A stretch of 45,305 nucleotides of DNA from Escherichia virus TH11. Below, one piece after another: positions 1-9,036 of this stretch. The stretch lies in the sequence record MT446389.1, one strand, 5' to 3'. Numbering within the stretch: position 1 is the first letter of the stretch; each line of letters opens with the position of its first letter. Below the pieces are notes generated by a model. It was not told the origin of the DNA, did no database searches, and saw nothing but the letters and a program-made list of their open reading frames with translations. A program made the translations under genes and the position numbers.

Positions 1-16
1 TTGAGGAGACAGAGCA

Positions 17-574
17 ATGAAATTACTATTCCGCCGCAAATCGGACGGGCGCATTCTTAAGCCGATACAGACCCTGGACGCATACGTGCGCCTACAACAA
101 CCGGCAAACAAAAAAGTATTCCGCGCGCCAACAAGCACGCTGCCGCAGTTCTTCACGGTACACGCCCACGATATCGAGCGCGGCGATGTGCTGCGTGATA
201 TTCGCGACTGCAGTATGTGGATCGTCGAGTATGTCGGGCTTCATGGCCTGCGTATGCAATCCCGCAAGGATGGCGTAGCCGGTATGACTTACTTCGGCCT
301 CGTAAATTACGAGCGAGTGGGTCGCAAATACAGCCTTCGGGACCGCCAGCCGCATGAGCGCGTCGAGTTCCGCAAGTCGCAGCCAGCCTATGCCACCTAC
401 GACGCGAGCAAAGTGATGGAGCCGATCCGCCAGGCCACGCGTGAGATAGTCAATCGCTTTGATGCCGTGACGAATGCACAGCGCCAGGCGCTGGAATACG
501 GTGCGGGATTTATCCGTGTCGAACCAGACGGCAGCATGAAGGCCATCGACCCGCGCTCGGTGATTCTGAAATGA
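17..574 (+). CDS. hypothetical protein
   Basis: 185-aa ORF from track; stop overlaps next ATG (ATGA at 571-574); no motif recognised. Confidence 0.4.
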   Translation: MKLLFRRKSDGRILKPIQTLDAYVRLQQPANKKVFRAPTSTLPQFFTVHAHDIERGDVLRDIRDCSMWIVEYVGLHGLRMQSRKDGVAGMTYFGLVNYERVGRKYSLRDRQPHERVEFRKSQPAYATYDASKVMEPIRQATREIVNRFDAVTNAQRQALEYGAGFIRVEPDGSMKAIDPRSVILK

Positions 575-717
575 GTGCGTCTATCCGTGATATGCTTCAG
601 CATAACCGCTTCGAGATAGGCGGTAGGGTGTTTCGCAATTACTTCGTGGCGCGTGCATGGGCGCGCCATATTGGCAAACCGGAAGGGGCAATTCGATGCT
701 ATACGTCTTCGCGGTAG
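571..717 (+). CDS. small hypothetical protein (48 aa)
   Basis: ATG overlapping upstream stop; below track size cutoff; own translation. Confidence 0.2.
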   Translation: MSASIRDMLQHNRFEIGGRVFRNYFVARAWARHIGKPEGAIRCYTSSR

Positions 718-797
718 TATGTGGCGGTAGTCTGGCGGCCCTGGTGCTGTTGGCGTCGGTTATTAGTCTGGTTAAATACCTATGGGGCAGATTATGA
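696..797 (+). CDS. small hydrophobic peptide (33 aa)
   Basis: Own translation MLYVFAVVCGGSLAALVLLASVISLVKYLWGRL; one predicted TM helix. Confidence 0.2.
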   Translation: MLYVFAVVCGGSLAALVLLASVISLVKYLWGRL

Positions 798-1081
798 TTC
801 ATGATGTGATTTATTGGTTTGGTTTGATCTGCGGGCTATGCCTGCTTACCGCGGTGCTGTTGGGCATCCTGATGTTCGTCGTATGGCCTGCAGTGGAAGC
901 CGCCAGTATTACCCGCATGACGTTCGAGGTATACAAGCGCCGCGGGATCACGGAGCACCCGACCAGGTTACGCATGTGGTGGCTGTGGTATCGGGATATG
1001 ATTGGGGGCCGGATGTTCGAGGCCGTCCGATCGGAAGGATGGGAATGGAAAGGCGTCGGCAAGTGGTCCGTTTTCGATTAA
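782..1081 (+). CDS. membrane protein, lysis-cassette associated
   Basis: Hydrophobic N-terminal segment; alternative start at 794 overlapping upstream stop; sits before holin genes. Confidence 0.4.
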   Translation: MGQIMIHDVIYWFGLICGLCLLTAVLLGILMFVVWPAVEAASITRMTFEVYKRRGITEHPTRLRMWWLWYRDMIGGRMFEAVRSEGWEWKGVGKWSVFD

Positions 1082-1099
1082 TTATGCAAGCGTGATATA

Positions 1100-1133
1100 G
1101 TCCCAGTGAGCTAAAACTTACTGGGACTTTTTT
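1100..1133 (+). terminator. hairpin plus T-run
   Basis: gtcccagtgag...cttactgggac followed by TTTTTT immediately before ATG 1134. Confidence 0.4.
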
Positions 1134-1424
1134 ATGGATAAGCTAAACGAGTGGTTATTTGCCCTCGCATGTCTGGCGGGTGGCTTCGTAGGCGCACGCA
1201 TTCATGGTGAGGCTACGAAGGGGCCGCTAAACTTCGTTTTGTATGTTGTAGTTGGCTTCCTGTGTGCCATATTTGGCGCACCGGCTATTGCCGAGTGGGC
1301 TGGTTTGTCGGGGGAGCGCACTGTCGCCGGTTTGGGCTTCGTAACCGCAATCTTCTGGATGCCAATCGCCGACCGGATCAGGGAGACTATTGCGTCGTTC
1401 CGACTTCCGGGGGGTGCAAAATGA
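1134..1424 (+). CDS. holin-like membrane protein
   Basis: 96 aa, about three hydrophobic segments, directly upstream of endolysin. Confidence 0.5.
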   Translation: MDKLNEWLFALACLAGGFVGARIHGEATKGPLNFVLYVVVGFLCAIFGAPAIAEWAGLSGERTVAGLGFVTAIFWMPIADRIRETIASFRLPGGAK

Positions 1425-1666
1425 TTATCTCCGTCCTGTTGTTTGTTATCATCGGGGCTTCGTCCCTGTTTAACGTGTATGCGCCGTCCGTCCGGGATGG
1501 CATTTTCGGTCGGGTGCTGTATCTGTTAACGGCAATGGTCTGTATTATCGGATTGTTGCAAACAGGAGACGTATCAGATGCCACCTGGACCGCGTTAATC
1601 TGGCTGTTTGCATTGCGCACACTGCGTAATGCTGTTTTGAATGGGGTAAAACATGCGATTCAGTGA
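1421..1666 (+). CDS. second holin/antiholin-like membrane protein
   Basis: Internal ATG at 1421 overlapping upstream stop (ATGA); 81 aa with about three TM segments; track ORF 1262..1666 trimmed. Confidence 0.45.
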   Translation: MIISVLLFVIIGASSLFNVYAPSVRDGIFGRVLYLLTAMVCIIGLLQTGDVSDATWTALIWLFALRTLRNAVLNGVKHAIQ

Positions 1667-2144
1667 CAACGGTCTAAGATTTACGGCAGCATGGGAGGCT
1701 TTCAGCCCGGTGCCGTATTTCGCGACCAAGAAAGAGCAGGCCCGCGGCCTGTACACTTGGGGTTATGGTCATACCGGCACTAATCCGCCTCGAAGCATTA
1801 CCCGAGCGGAAGCGCTGGATCTGCTTAAGCGCGATGTGGCGTATGCTGAGGACTGGGTGAACAAATACGCGCATAAGAGTATTAACCAGGCGCAATTTGA
1901 CGCGCTGGTGGACCTGGTAATCAACGCCGGTCCTGGTCCGATCGTACCGGATGACGTCGCGAATGATTTCGATGATGCGGTACGGTTGGGCGACTGGGCG
2001 AAGGTCCGTGCTACGCTGCCGCTGTTCCGCAAGCAAGGCGGGGAAGTGCTTAAGGGTCTGGTGCGCCGTGCAATCGGCAGACAGGCGTTGTTTGATGGTA
2101 AGCAGTGGGACGTTGCCGAGCGAATCGGTCGTAACGCAGCATAA
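1653..2144 (+). CDS. endolysin, GH24 lysozyme-like
   Basis: N-terminal WEAF...GLYTWGYGHTG resembles the T4/P22 lysozyme catalytic region; follows holins. Confidence 0.8.
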   Translation: MRFSDNGLRFTAAWEAFSPVPYFATKKEQARGLYTWGYGHTGTNPPRSITRAEALDLLKRDVAYAEDWVNKYAHKSINQAQFDALVDLVINAGPGPIVPDDVANDFDDAVRLGDWAKVRATLPLFRKQGGEVLKGLVRRAIGRQALFDGKQWDVAERIGRNAA

Positions 2145-2160
2145 TACGAGGTGACACAGT

Positions 2161-2328
2161 ATGTTAAAAAGTATTCTTGATCATAATGCGGACGCGCTTG
2201 CCGCACTGGCTAAAACCGAAGATCCGGGCGCACGCGCTATCATCGCGGACACTATCAGCCACGCTGGGGTCTTCGATGCGAAGCTGCCAAGCCCACCACC
2301 GCAGGAGGAATCTGGTCCTGAAGCGTAA
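2161..2328 (+). CDS. small hypothetical protein (55 aa)
   Basis: Own translation; below track cutoff; followed by terminator. Confidence 0.2.
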   Translation: MLKSILDHNADALAALAKTEDPGARAIIADTISHAGVFDAKLPSPPPQEESGPEA

Positions 2329-2334
2329 ACAATC

Positions 2335-2361
2335 AAGCCCGGAATTAACCGGGCTTTTTAT
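2335..2361 (+). terminator. rho-independent terminator
   Basis: agcccgg-aattaa-ccgggct hairpin followed by TTTTTA. Confidence 0.5.
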
Positions 2362-2364
2362 TGC

Positions 2365-2394
2365 TTGACTTGCAACCAACATAGACTCCATACT
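2365..2394 (+). promoter_or_regulatory. candidate sigma70-like promoter with embedded TGCAACCAAC motif
   Basis: TTGACT at 2365-2370, 17-18 nt spacer containing TGCAACCAAC, -10-like CATACT. Confidence 0.35.
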
Positions 2395-2423
2395 GCGACC
2401 AATCAACGAGAGGAGTAATCAAG

Positions 2424-2504
2424 ATGGCACGTAAAGATATTTGGGTATTAGCGATCTGGACCACCGCGGCTTTTATCGGCATGGTTATTTGCGAATTGAT
2501 ATAG
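2424..2504 (+). CDS. small hydrophobic peptide (26 aa)
   Basis: Strong RBS GAGGAG about 8 nt upstream of ATG; own translation. Confidence 0.2.
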   Translation: MARKDIWVLAIWTTAAFIGMVICELI

Positions 2505-2565
2505 CCCGCCGCCATACGGACCGTGGTATATTGTCCCCGGTCCACTAATCAGGAATTAATTAAAT

Positions 2566-3708
2566 ATGCACCCGCAAACTAAAATTACCGATGAGCAATT
2601 GATCGCAGAAATTCAGGCAGGGACTACGGTTAAAGATATTGCGAAGAAATACGGGATTGCCCTACGCAATGTTTATATGCGGAAAGCCCGCCTATCGAAA
2701 AAAGGCATTGGACACGGCAACGATGCCGTAATCCGCAAGCGCGTTGCCGATGGCTTTGGGGTTAAGCGCGTATCGGCCCTGGTGCGCGGTAATGGCGAAG
2801 AGGTCATGTCGTGGATCATCACTGAGCAGGACAAGGAGCGCCAACTCGAAGCTATGCGCGCTGTTGTCGATGGTATGAACAGCGAAATCACACCGGCAGC
2901 GCCCGTAAACGCCCCGCCAGTACCGGTCCATGCACTGGACCTACTCAACCTGTACACCGTGTCCGACTTCCACCTGGGCATGTTGGCCTGGGGCGAGGAG
3001 ACTGGCGAAGACTGGGATATGGCGATTGCAGAAGACCTGTTTTACCGCTGGTTTGTCGAAGCCTTCGCACGCGCACCGGACGCAGGCACTGCCGTAATTA
3101 ATATCCTCGGTGATATGGCGCATTTTGATAGCCTTGATGCGGTCACCCCAGCCAGCGGGCACGTACTGGACGCGGATACCCGCTACCAGAAACTGGTCCG
3201 CTACATGATTCGCATGGTGCGCAACGTGGTAGACTTGGCACTGCAAAAACACCACAAAGTCAAACTTCTAATCGTCCAGGGGAATCATGACGAATCGGGC
3301 ATGATTTGGCTGGCTGAAATGTTCAACACCCTGTACGAGAACGAGCCGCGCGTCGATGTGGATACGTCCCCGGACGTATACAAAATGGTGCAACACGGCA
3401 AGACCACGCTGTTCTTCCACCACGGGCACAAAGCGCGCTTCGATGCTATTGAAACCGTCATGATTTCCAAATTCAGACAGGCGTTCGGGTCCAGCGAGTA
3501 CAGCTACGCGCATGTAGGCCACTTGCACCACCAGAAGATTGTAGAATCCCGCAACATGATTGTTGAACAACACCGGACCCTCGCCGCGAAAGACGCATAT
3601 GCCAGCCGCGGCGGTTGGATGTCCGGTCGTAGCGCCAACGTAATAACCTACAGCGCCAACTACGGCGAAGTAGCGCGCTTAACCATTAGCCCGGAAATGT
3701 TGAAATGA
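2566..3708 (+). CDS. calcineurin-like metallophosphoesterase with N-terminal HTH-like region
   Basis: Motifs SDFHLG, ILGDMAHFD, QGNHDE fit D-x-H / GD / GNH(D/E); N-terminus DIAKKYGIALRNVY is HTH-like. Confidence 0.55.
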   Translation: MHPQTKITDEQLIAEIQAGTTVKDIAKKYGIALRNVYMRKARLSKKGIGHGNDAVIRKRVADGFGVKRVSALVRGNGEEVMSWIITEQDKERQLEAMRAVVDGMNSEITPAAPVNAPPVPVHALDLLNLYTVSDFHLGMLAWGEETGEDWDMAIAEDLFYRWFVEAFARAPDAGTAVINILGDMAHFDSLDAVTPASGHVLDADTRYQKLVRYMIRMVRNVVDLALQKHHKVKLLIVQGNHDESGMIWLAEMFNTLYENEPRVDVDTSPDVYKMVQHGKTTLFFHHGHKARFDAIETVMISKFRQAFGSSEYSYAHVGHLHHQKIVESRNMIVEQHRTLAAKDAYASRGGWMSGRSANVITYSANYGEVARLTISPEMLK

Positions 3709-3917
3709 TTAGACAAGTATTCATGAGCACGCAGGCTGACCGCCTGAAGGAATTACGCAAACAACTCGAAGGCTTGCGCCGATTCGAACGAACGGCAGCG
3801 GCTATAGGCATGTCTATCAGCGAGCGGATCGAGATACTATCGCAAATACGCTACACAGAAGGCGCTATAAGCGAAGTAGAAAGCATGTTAACCCGATACT
3901 ACGGTCGCCCCGTTTAA
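3705..3917 (+). CDS. hypothetical protein
   Basis: 70-aa ORF, start overlaps upstream stop. Confidence 0.4.
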   Translation: MIRQVFMSTQADRLKELRKQLEGLRRFERTAAAIGMSISERIEILSQIRYTEGAISEVESMLTRYYGRPV

Positions 3918-3923
3918 CCATCC

Positions 3924-3951
3924 TAGCCCGCCGATTTGGTGGGCTTTTTTG
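3924..3951 (+). terminator. rho-independent terminator
   Basis: agcccgcc...gtgggct hairpin followed by TTTTTT. Confidence 0.45.
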
Positions 3952-4033
3952 TGCCTGTTATAATCCCCTTAGATGGCAGGGCCGTCTCTTATGTTGCCGA
4001 TGGTCGGCGCATATGCACAAAAGGGCTTATATC

Positions 4034-4585
4034 ATGGCAGAAATTAAAGTTAAGGGCCGACGCGCCAAACTGGACGGACGAGTAGCAGTAACCCCGCGCC
4101 GTAAACCAGGCGAGCAAACCGAGCATACCAATCTCGGACCTGAAATCGAGTACGGCAAGCGCCGTAAAGGCGGCAAATGTGGACGCCCTACTGACTACAG
4201 ATCCGTTTACTGCGACCAGCTTCGCCGCTATTTTGCCGACGCCGACGCCTGGCAGGTCAACTACTCCGATAAAGGCGCTGCGCAAGTAATCCCCCGCAAC
4301 AAAATGCCAACCTTCGGTCGTTTTGCCGCAGAAATTGGCGTAGGCGTTGCCTGCCTGTACCGCTGGGCGCGCGCGCATGAGGAGTTCGCCGAGGCGATGG
4401 CGGACGCTATGGAGCTACAGAAAACTTTCCTGATGGAAGCCGGTGGCGTGACCATCGCGGCAGGCTTCGCTACGTTCCTGCTTAAGGCAAACCACGGCGT
4501 CCGCGACGATGTGCCGCTGGATGACGACGAAGATGATAACGGCGACGTCGTAGTGGAACCTACCGGCAAAGGCCAGGGTGAATAA
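4034..4585 (+). CDS. terminase small subunit
   Basis: Directly upstream of and coupled to large terminase (ATG overlaps stop); basic N-terminus, GRPTDY motif, acidic C-tail; start trimmed to MAEIKVK. Confidence 0.5.
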   Translation: MAEIKVKGRRAKLDGRVAVTPRRKPGEQTEHTNLGPEIEYGKRRKGGKCGRPTDYRSVYCDQLRRYFADADAWQVNYSDKGAAQVIPRNKMPTFGRFAAEIGVGVACLYRWARAHEEFAEAMADAMELQKTFLMEAGGVTIAAGFATFLLKANHGVRDDVPLDDDEDDNGDVVVEPTGKGQGE

Positions 4586-5970
4586 TGCGTAACTATGCGG
4601 CAGAACACCGCGCACTGGAACGCGCGATCGCAAAGCGCAACCGACCGCCGCGCCCGACACGCGTTGCGCAGGCCGTACGCCTTTACCAGCCCGATTGCCT
4701 TCCCCACCAGGTGGAACTACTGCGCGACACAAAGACCAAAATACTCGGCCTGTGTTCCGGCTTCGGTGGCGGAAAGTCATGGGTCGCGGCGCGTAAGGTC
4801 ATCCAGCTTCTGACACTGAACCCGGGTCATGACGGCATCGTGACCGAGCCGACTATCCCACTCCTGGTTAAAATCATGTATCCGGAACTGGAGAAGGCTT
4901 TCGACGAGGCTGGATTCCGGTGGAAGTTCAATAAGCAGGACAAGATTTATAGCGTGCTGGTGAAAGGCAAATGGACCCGCGTTATTTGCGAGTCAATGGA
5001 GAACTACACACGTCTTATCGGTGTTAACGCCGCGTGGATTGTTGCCGACGAGTTCGACACCACGAAGCAAGACGTTGCAATGGCGGCGTATCACAAATTG
5101 CTCGGTCGTCTGCGTGCTGGCTTGGTACGCCAGTTCGTCATCGTGTCCACCCCGGAAGGCTACCGGGCGATGTACCAGATTTTCGAAGTGGAGAAGGACA
5201 GCCAGAAACGTTTGATCCGGGCGAAGACCACGGACAACCACCATTTACCGGCGGACTTTATAGACACGCTGCGCAGTCAGTACCCAGCTAACCTGATCGA
5301 CGCGTACCTGAACGGCCTGTTTGTTAACCTTACGTCGGGCGCGGTGTACAAGATGTTCAACCGCGAGGAGAACGCCAGCACCGAAGAAGTGCAGCCGGAC
5401 GACACACTGATTATCGGTATGGACTTTAACGTCACGAAAATGGCGGCGGTTGTGTATGTCAGACGGCAGCGCGTCACCGAAAACAAGGAGTTCCGCGACG
5501 AGATTCACGCGGTGGATGAATTTGTGGACCTGTTTGACACCCCGGCTATGATTGAGGCGATCGAGGAGCGCTACCCGGAACATTGTGCCGCCGGTAGGGT
5601 CGTCGTTTACCCGGATAGCAGCGGCAAATCCCGCAAGACGGTCAACGCGTCGTCGTCCGATATCGCACAACTGGAAGACGCTGGCTTCGAGGTGGAGTAT
5701 GACAGCGTTAACCCGCCTGTGAAAGACCGACTGATCGCGATGAATACGATGATGTGCAACTCGAAGGGCGTGCGCCAGTATTTTGTCAACCTGGATAAAT
5801 GCCCTACACTAGCGAAATGTCTGGAACAGCAGGTGTACGACCTGAAGAAAGGCGAACCGGATAAAACGGCCGGGGTGGACCACATGAATGATGCAGCGGG
5901 CTATCCAATTGCGCACCTGTTCCCAGTGATTCGTCCGATCGCCGTTGTTCCAACTGTAGACTTCTACTAA
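4585..5970 (+). CDS. terminase large subunit
   Basis: 461 aa, Walker A-like GFGGGKS, acidic nuclease-type C-terminal half, precedes portal. Confidence 0.85.
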   Translation: MRNYAAEHRALERAIAKRNRPPRPTRVAQAVRLYQPDCLPHQVELLRDTKTKILGLCSGFGGGKSWVAARKVIQLLTLNPGHDGIVTEPTIPLLVKIMYPELEKAFDEAGFRWKFNKQDKIYSVLVKGKWTRVICESMENYTRLIGVNAAWIVADEFDTTKQDVAMAAYHKLLGRLRAGLVRQFVIVSTPEGYRAMYQIFEVEKDSQKRLIRAKTTDNHHLPADFIDTLRSQYPANLIDAYLNGLFVNLTSGAVYKMFNREENASTEEVQPDDTLIIGMDFNVTKMAAVVYVRRQRVTENKEFRDEIHAVDEFVDLFDTPAMIEAIEERYPEHCAAGRVVVYPDSSGKSRKTVNASSSDIAQLEDAGFEVEYDSVNPPVKDRLIAMNTMMCNSKGVRQYFVNLDKCPTLAKCLEQQVYDLKKGEPDKTAGVDHMNDAAGYPIAHLFPVIRPIAVVPTVDFY

Positions 5971-5980
5971 GGAAACGAAC

Positions 5981-7501
5981 ATGACCGTTAACGTTGACAA
6001 CCAGCACCCCCTCTATGCGCGCATCGCGCCAGAGTGGAAAATGATCCGGGATTGTGTAGCAGGGGAGCGCGCTGTGAAGGCGTGCGGCCCTTTGTACCTG
6101 CCACATCCTGCCAGCGGCGACAATACTGACCCGAAATCACGGGCGCGGTATAAGGCGTATAAGCAACGCGCTGTATTCCTGAACGCCACCGCCCGCACAC
6201 TTAACGCGCTGTTAGGCGTTGCCTTTGCTAAACCGGTAAGTCTCGACCTTTCCGGGGCGATGGCGGACCTTATTGACGACGTAGACGGCAGTGGTATGCC
6301 GCTGCCGCAACTCCTGCGCGGTGCTATGTCTGAAGTTCTGCAATCAGGTCGTGCGGGCTTTATGGTGGACTACGATCGCCAGGCGCATTTTGATGAACTG
6401 GGTAACGTAGTACCGCAGACAGCCGCTGAGATGGCGTCACACCGCCCGCTTATCCGCCTGTACACGGCAGAACAGATCATCAACTGGCGGCAGACCCACG
6501 GAGCCGATACGCTGATTGTGCTGAAGGAGACGGACGAAATCAGCACCGAAGACCCGGACGACTTCGCAAACCACGAAGTAACAATCTGGACTGAATTGCG
6601 CATGATTAACGGTGCAGCACACGCCCGCCGCTGGTACTACAACGCCGACACGTCCGAGGTGCAAATGGACTTGCCGCGCGGATTCACCCGCACCGACCTG
6701 GTGCCGCTGGTGGATGCTACCGGTAAGGCACTGACACAACTTCCGTTTTGCTGGTGTGGCGCGGTGGACAACAACGCAACGCCAGACGCCGCTCCGCTGG
6801 CAGATATCGCGTCCATCAACATTAAGCACTACAACGCCGAAGCGGACGTCGCCGAGATCGCGCACATCGTGGGCCAACCTACCCTGGTTGCGACGGGCTT
6901 GACTCAATCATGGGCGGACAAGAACCTGAAGGGAGGCATTGCCCTCGGTGCGACTAAGGGCGTTATCCTGGGCCAGAACATGGACGCTAAACTGATCCAG
7001 GCGGAGGAGCGCAACTTGTCGGTTGCACTGTGTGAGCGTCGCGAGTTGCAAATGGCTAAACTTGGCGCAGCCCTGGTTGAGAAGGGGACCGCACCTAAGA
7101 CGGCAACCGAGGCGGCCTACGATGCGCAGACTGATAACAGTATCCTGTCGCTTATTGCCGGTAACGTTGAGAAGGCTTTCAACCGTGCGCTGCAAATCGT
7201 GCAGCTATTCACGGGCGACACCGCCGACCAGCGCGTAACGCTGAACAAGTTCTACACTGAAATCACGGTTGATGCGCAGCTTATGACCGCGATGATGTCG
7301 GGTGTGCAGACTGGTACGGTCCGACTTGCTGACTTCATCAAGTGGATGATGGCCCAGGGCGTCATTGACGACTCGCAAACCGTCGAGCAGGTGGAAGACG
7401 AATTGCGAAATCAGAATCCATTGCCTCAAATGTCCCCTGATGCGGTAGAATCTACCGAAGAAGACCCGGACAAGGTAGCGGACAATGGCGAGAACGATTA
7501 A
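5981..7501 (+). CDS. portal protein
   Basis: 506 aa immediately after large terminase; acidic C-terminus; RBS AAGGAAA. Confidence 0.8.
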   Translation: MTVNVDNQHPLYARIAPEWKMIRDCVAGERAVKACGPLYLPHPASGDNTDPKSRARYKAYKQRAVFLNATARTLNALLGVAFAKPVSLDLSGAMADLIDDVDGSGMPLPQLLRGAMSEVLQSGRAGFMVDYDRQAHFDELGNVVPQTAAEMASHRPLIRLYTAEQIINWRQTHGADTLIVLKETDEISTEDPDDFANHEVTIWTELRMINGAAHARRWYYNADTSEVQMDLPRGFTRTDLVPLVDATGKALTQLPFCWCGAVDNNATPDAAPLADIASINIKHYNAEADVAEIAHIVGQPTLVATGLTQSWADKNLKGGIALGATKGVILGQNMDAKLIQAEERNLSVALCERRELQMAKLGAALVEKGTAPKTATEAAYDAQTDNSILSLIAGNVEKAFNRALQIVQLFTGDTADQRVTLNKFYTEITVDAQLMTAMMSGVQTGTVRLADFIKWMMAQGVIDDSQTVEQVEDELRNQNPLPQMSPDAVESTEEDPDKVADNGEND

Positions 7502-8588
7502 TCAACATATGGCGGATCGCATGATCCGTCGTCACATCTTCACCCAGCGCCTGAGCAATGACCAGGCGCGGCGGGTGCTGGCTATGTGGGAGAAGTTCCG
7601 GCCCACGTTACTGGGTAAGCTGACCGAGTTACTTGATGGCAAAAAGTCCATGAGCAACAAGGCACTTACCACACTATTAACGCAACTCGACAAGACCGTC
7701 AAAACGGAACTGCGCGCCGAGTTTAAAGTGCTGGCGGAGAGCCTTCGGGAGTTCGCCGACACCGAGGCTGATTATCTCGCTGACACACTAACGGCAGCGA
7801 TCCAGCCCGCGGTCGCCGTGCCAGCGGTCGAAGTAGTGGGCGTTGTTACCGGCGCGCAGATTGCAGCGACGGCAATGAAAAACCAGTTCCAGGGTAACAC
7901 CATGATGCAATGGCCTGACTCACTTTCCGAGTGGACCAGGACGCAGATCGGCAATCAGGTGCGCGCTGGATTCATCCAGGGCAAGCCGACTATGGAAATT
8001 ATTGCGGACGTGAGGCGCGCGCTCGGCGGTCGAAGTGCGCAAGCTATCTCAAGCGTTGTTAAGTCCGCGGTCAACCACTATGCGGCGACCGCCCGCGAAC
8101 TAATGGTAAAAGCAAATGACGATATTCTCGAAGGTCGCCAATGGTTGGCTACATTGGACACGCATACTTCTCCCATGTGCCAGCTACGCGATCGCCTGTT
8201 TTATCCGGTTGATGTTACTCCCGACACCAAAGGAAAGCGCGGCGGGAAAGTGGTGGCGGGGTCACAATATGGCGCTGGTCCGGGCAAGCTGCATTATTGC
8301 TGCCGTTCGACGGAGACGTGGAAAGTCAAAGGTATGGAAGATTGGCCCAGTGGTAAGCGTCCGGCACTGAAGGCTGACGCGGGCAGATTGCTGAGCGAGC
8401 AGGTCGACGCGCAGACTGATTTCTTCTCATGGGTGCAGCGCCAGCCGCGCCATATTCTGGAAGAATTATACGGAGTGCAACGCGCCGACCAGATTATGCG
8501 CGGAGTGAAAGTGCCGAAGATGTTCACCGATTCCGGCGAACTAATGACTATCGCACAGCTTAAAAACCGGGGGTTATGGCGTGATTAA
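7485..8588 (+). CDS. head morphogenesis protein (Mu F / SPP1 gp7-like)
   Basis: 367 aa after portal, overlapping start; family assignment from position and composition. Confidence 0.6.
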   Translation: MARTINQHMADRMIRRHIFTQRLSNDQARRVLAMWEKFRPTLLGKLTELLDGKKSMSNKALTTLLTQLDKTVKTELRAEFKVLAESLREFADTEADYLADTLTAAIQPAVAVPAVEVVGVVTGAQIAATAMKNQFQGNTMMQWPDSLSEWTRTQIGNQVRAGFIQGKPTMEIIADVRRALGGRSAQAISSVVKSAVNHYAATARELMVKANDDILEGRQWLATLDTHTSPMCQLRDRLFYPVDVTPDTKGKRGGKVVAGSQYGAGPGKLHYCCRSTETWKVKGMEDWPSGKRPALKADAGRLLSEQVDAQTDFFSWVQRQPRHILEELYGVQRADQIMRGVKVPKMFTDSGELMTIAQLKNRGLWRD

Positions 8589-8910
8589 ATATGCAGCGAT
8601 TGGACTGGTTATCGGTCTGGCGGTAGGATTCTGGCTAGGCGACTCCTATCGTACTGGCGTAGTGGCGGAGGCGGCGCAAGAAGCGCAAGCCCAAGCCCAA
8701 CGGCAGCAAACTAAAGTTGTTGAGCGCTCCGTGCAGGCCGAACAGGCCCGCGACGTAGAATACCGGACTATAACGAAAGAGGTTGTTAAATATGTTACGC
8801 GCCCTAACCGCCCTGATTGTAGTTTTGATGCTGAGCGCGTGCGGATCAAGCAACGTGCCGTTGATGCCGCTAACGGAGTCGGCACTGCGACCGCCGTGCA
8901 AGTTCGATAG
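8581..8910 (+). CDS. putative i-spanin (Rz-like)
   Basis: N-terminal TM helix IGLVIGLAVGFWLG then Q/A/E-rich coiled coil; lipoprotein ORF embedded in +1 frame. Confidence 0.4.
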   Translation: MIKYAAIGLVIGLAVGFWLGDSYRTGVVAEAAQEAQAQAQRQQTKVVERSVQAEQARDVEYRTITKEVVKYVTRPNRPDCSFDAERVRIKQRAVDAANGVGTATAVQVR

Positions 8911-9022
8911 CCCGTCCGCAGACCCCGACGAAGACTTGCTGGTCGATGTTAAGAATATGGAATGTGGTGCGAAGCTGAGGGCGCAAGTGCTGGAGTTGCA
9001 GAAAATAATTCGGGGGCCGTGA
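8783..9022 (+). CDS. putative o-spanin (Rz1-like lipoprotein)
   Basis: Signal peptide with lipobox LSAC, Pro-rich mature part, embedded in and extending beyond 8581..8910. Confidence 0.4.
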   Translation: MLNMLRALTALIVVLMLSACGSSNVPLMPLTESALRPPCKFDSPSADPDEDLLVDVKNMECGAKLRAQVLELQKIIRGP

Positions 9023-9036
9023 TGGCCCCCTTTTTG
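9012..9036. terminator. hairpin terminator between convergent genes
   Basis: gggggcc-gtgat-ggccccc followed by TTTTTG. Confidence 0.5.
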
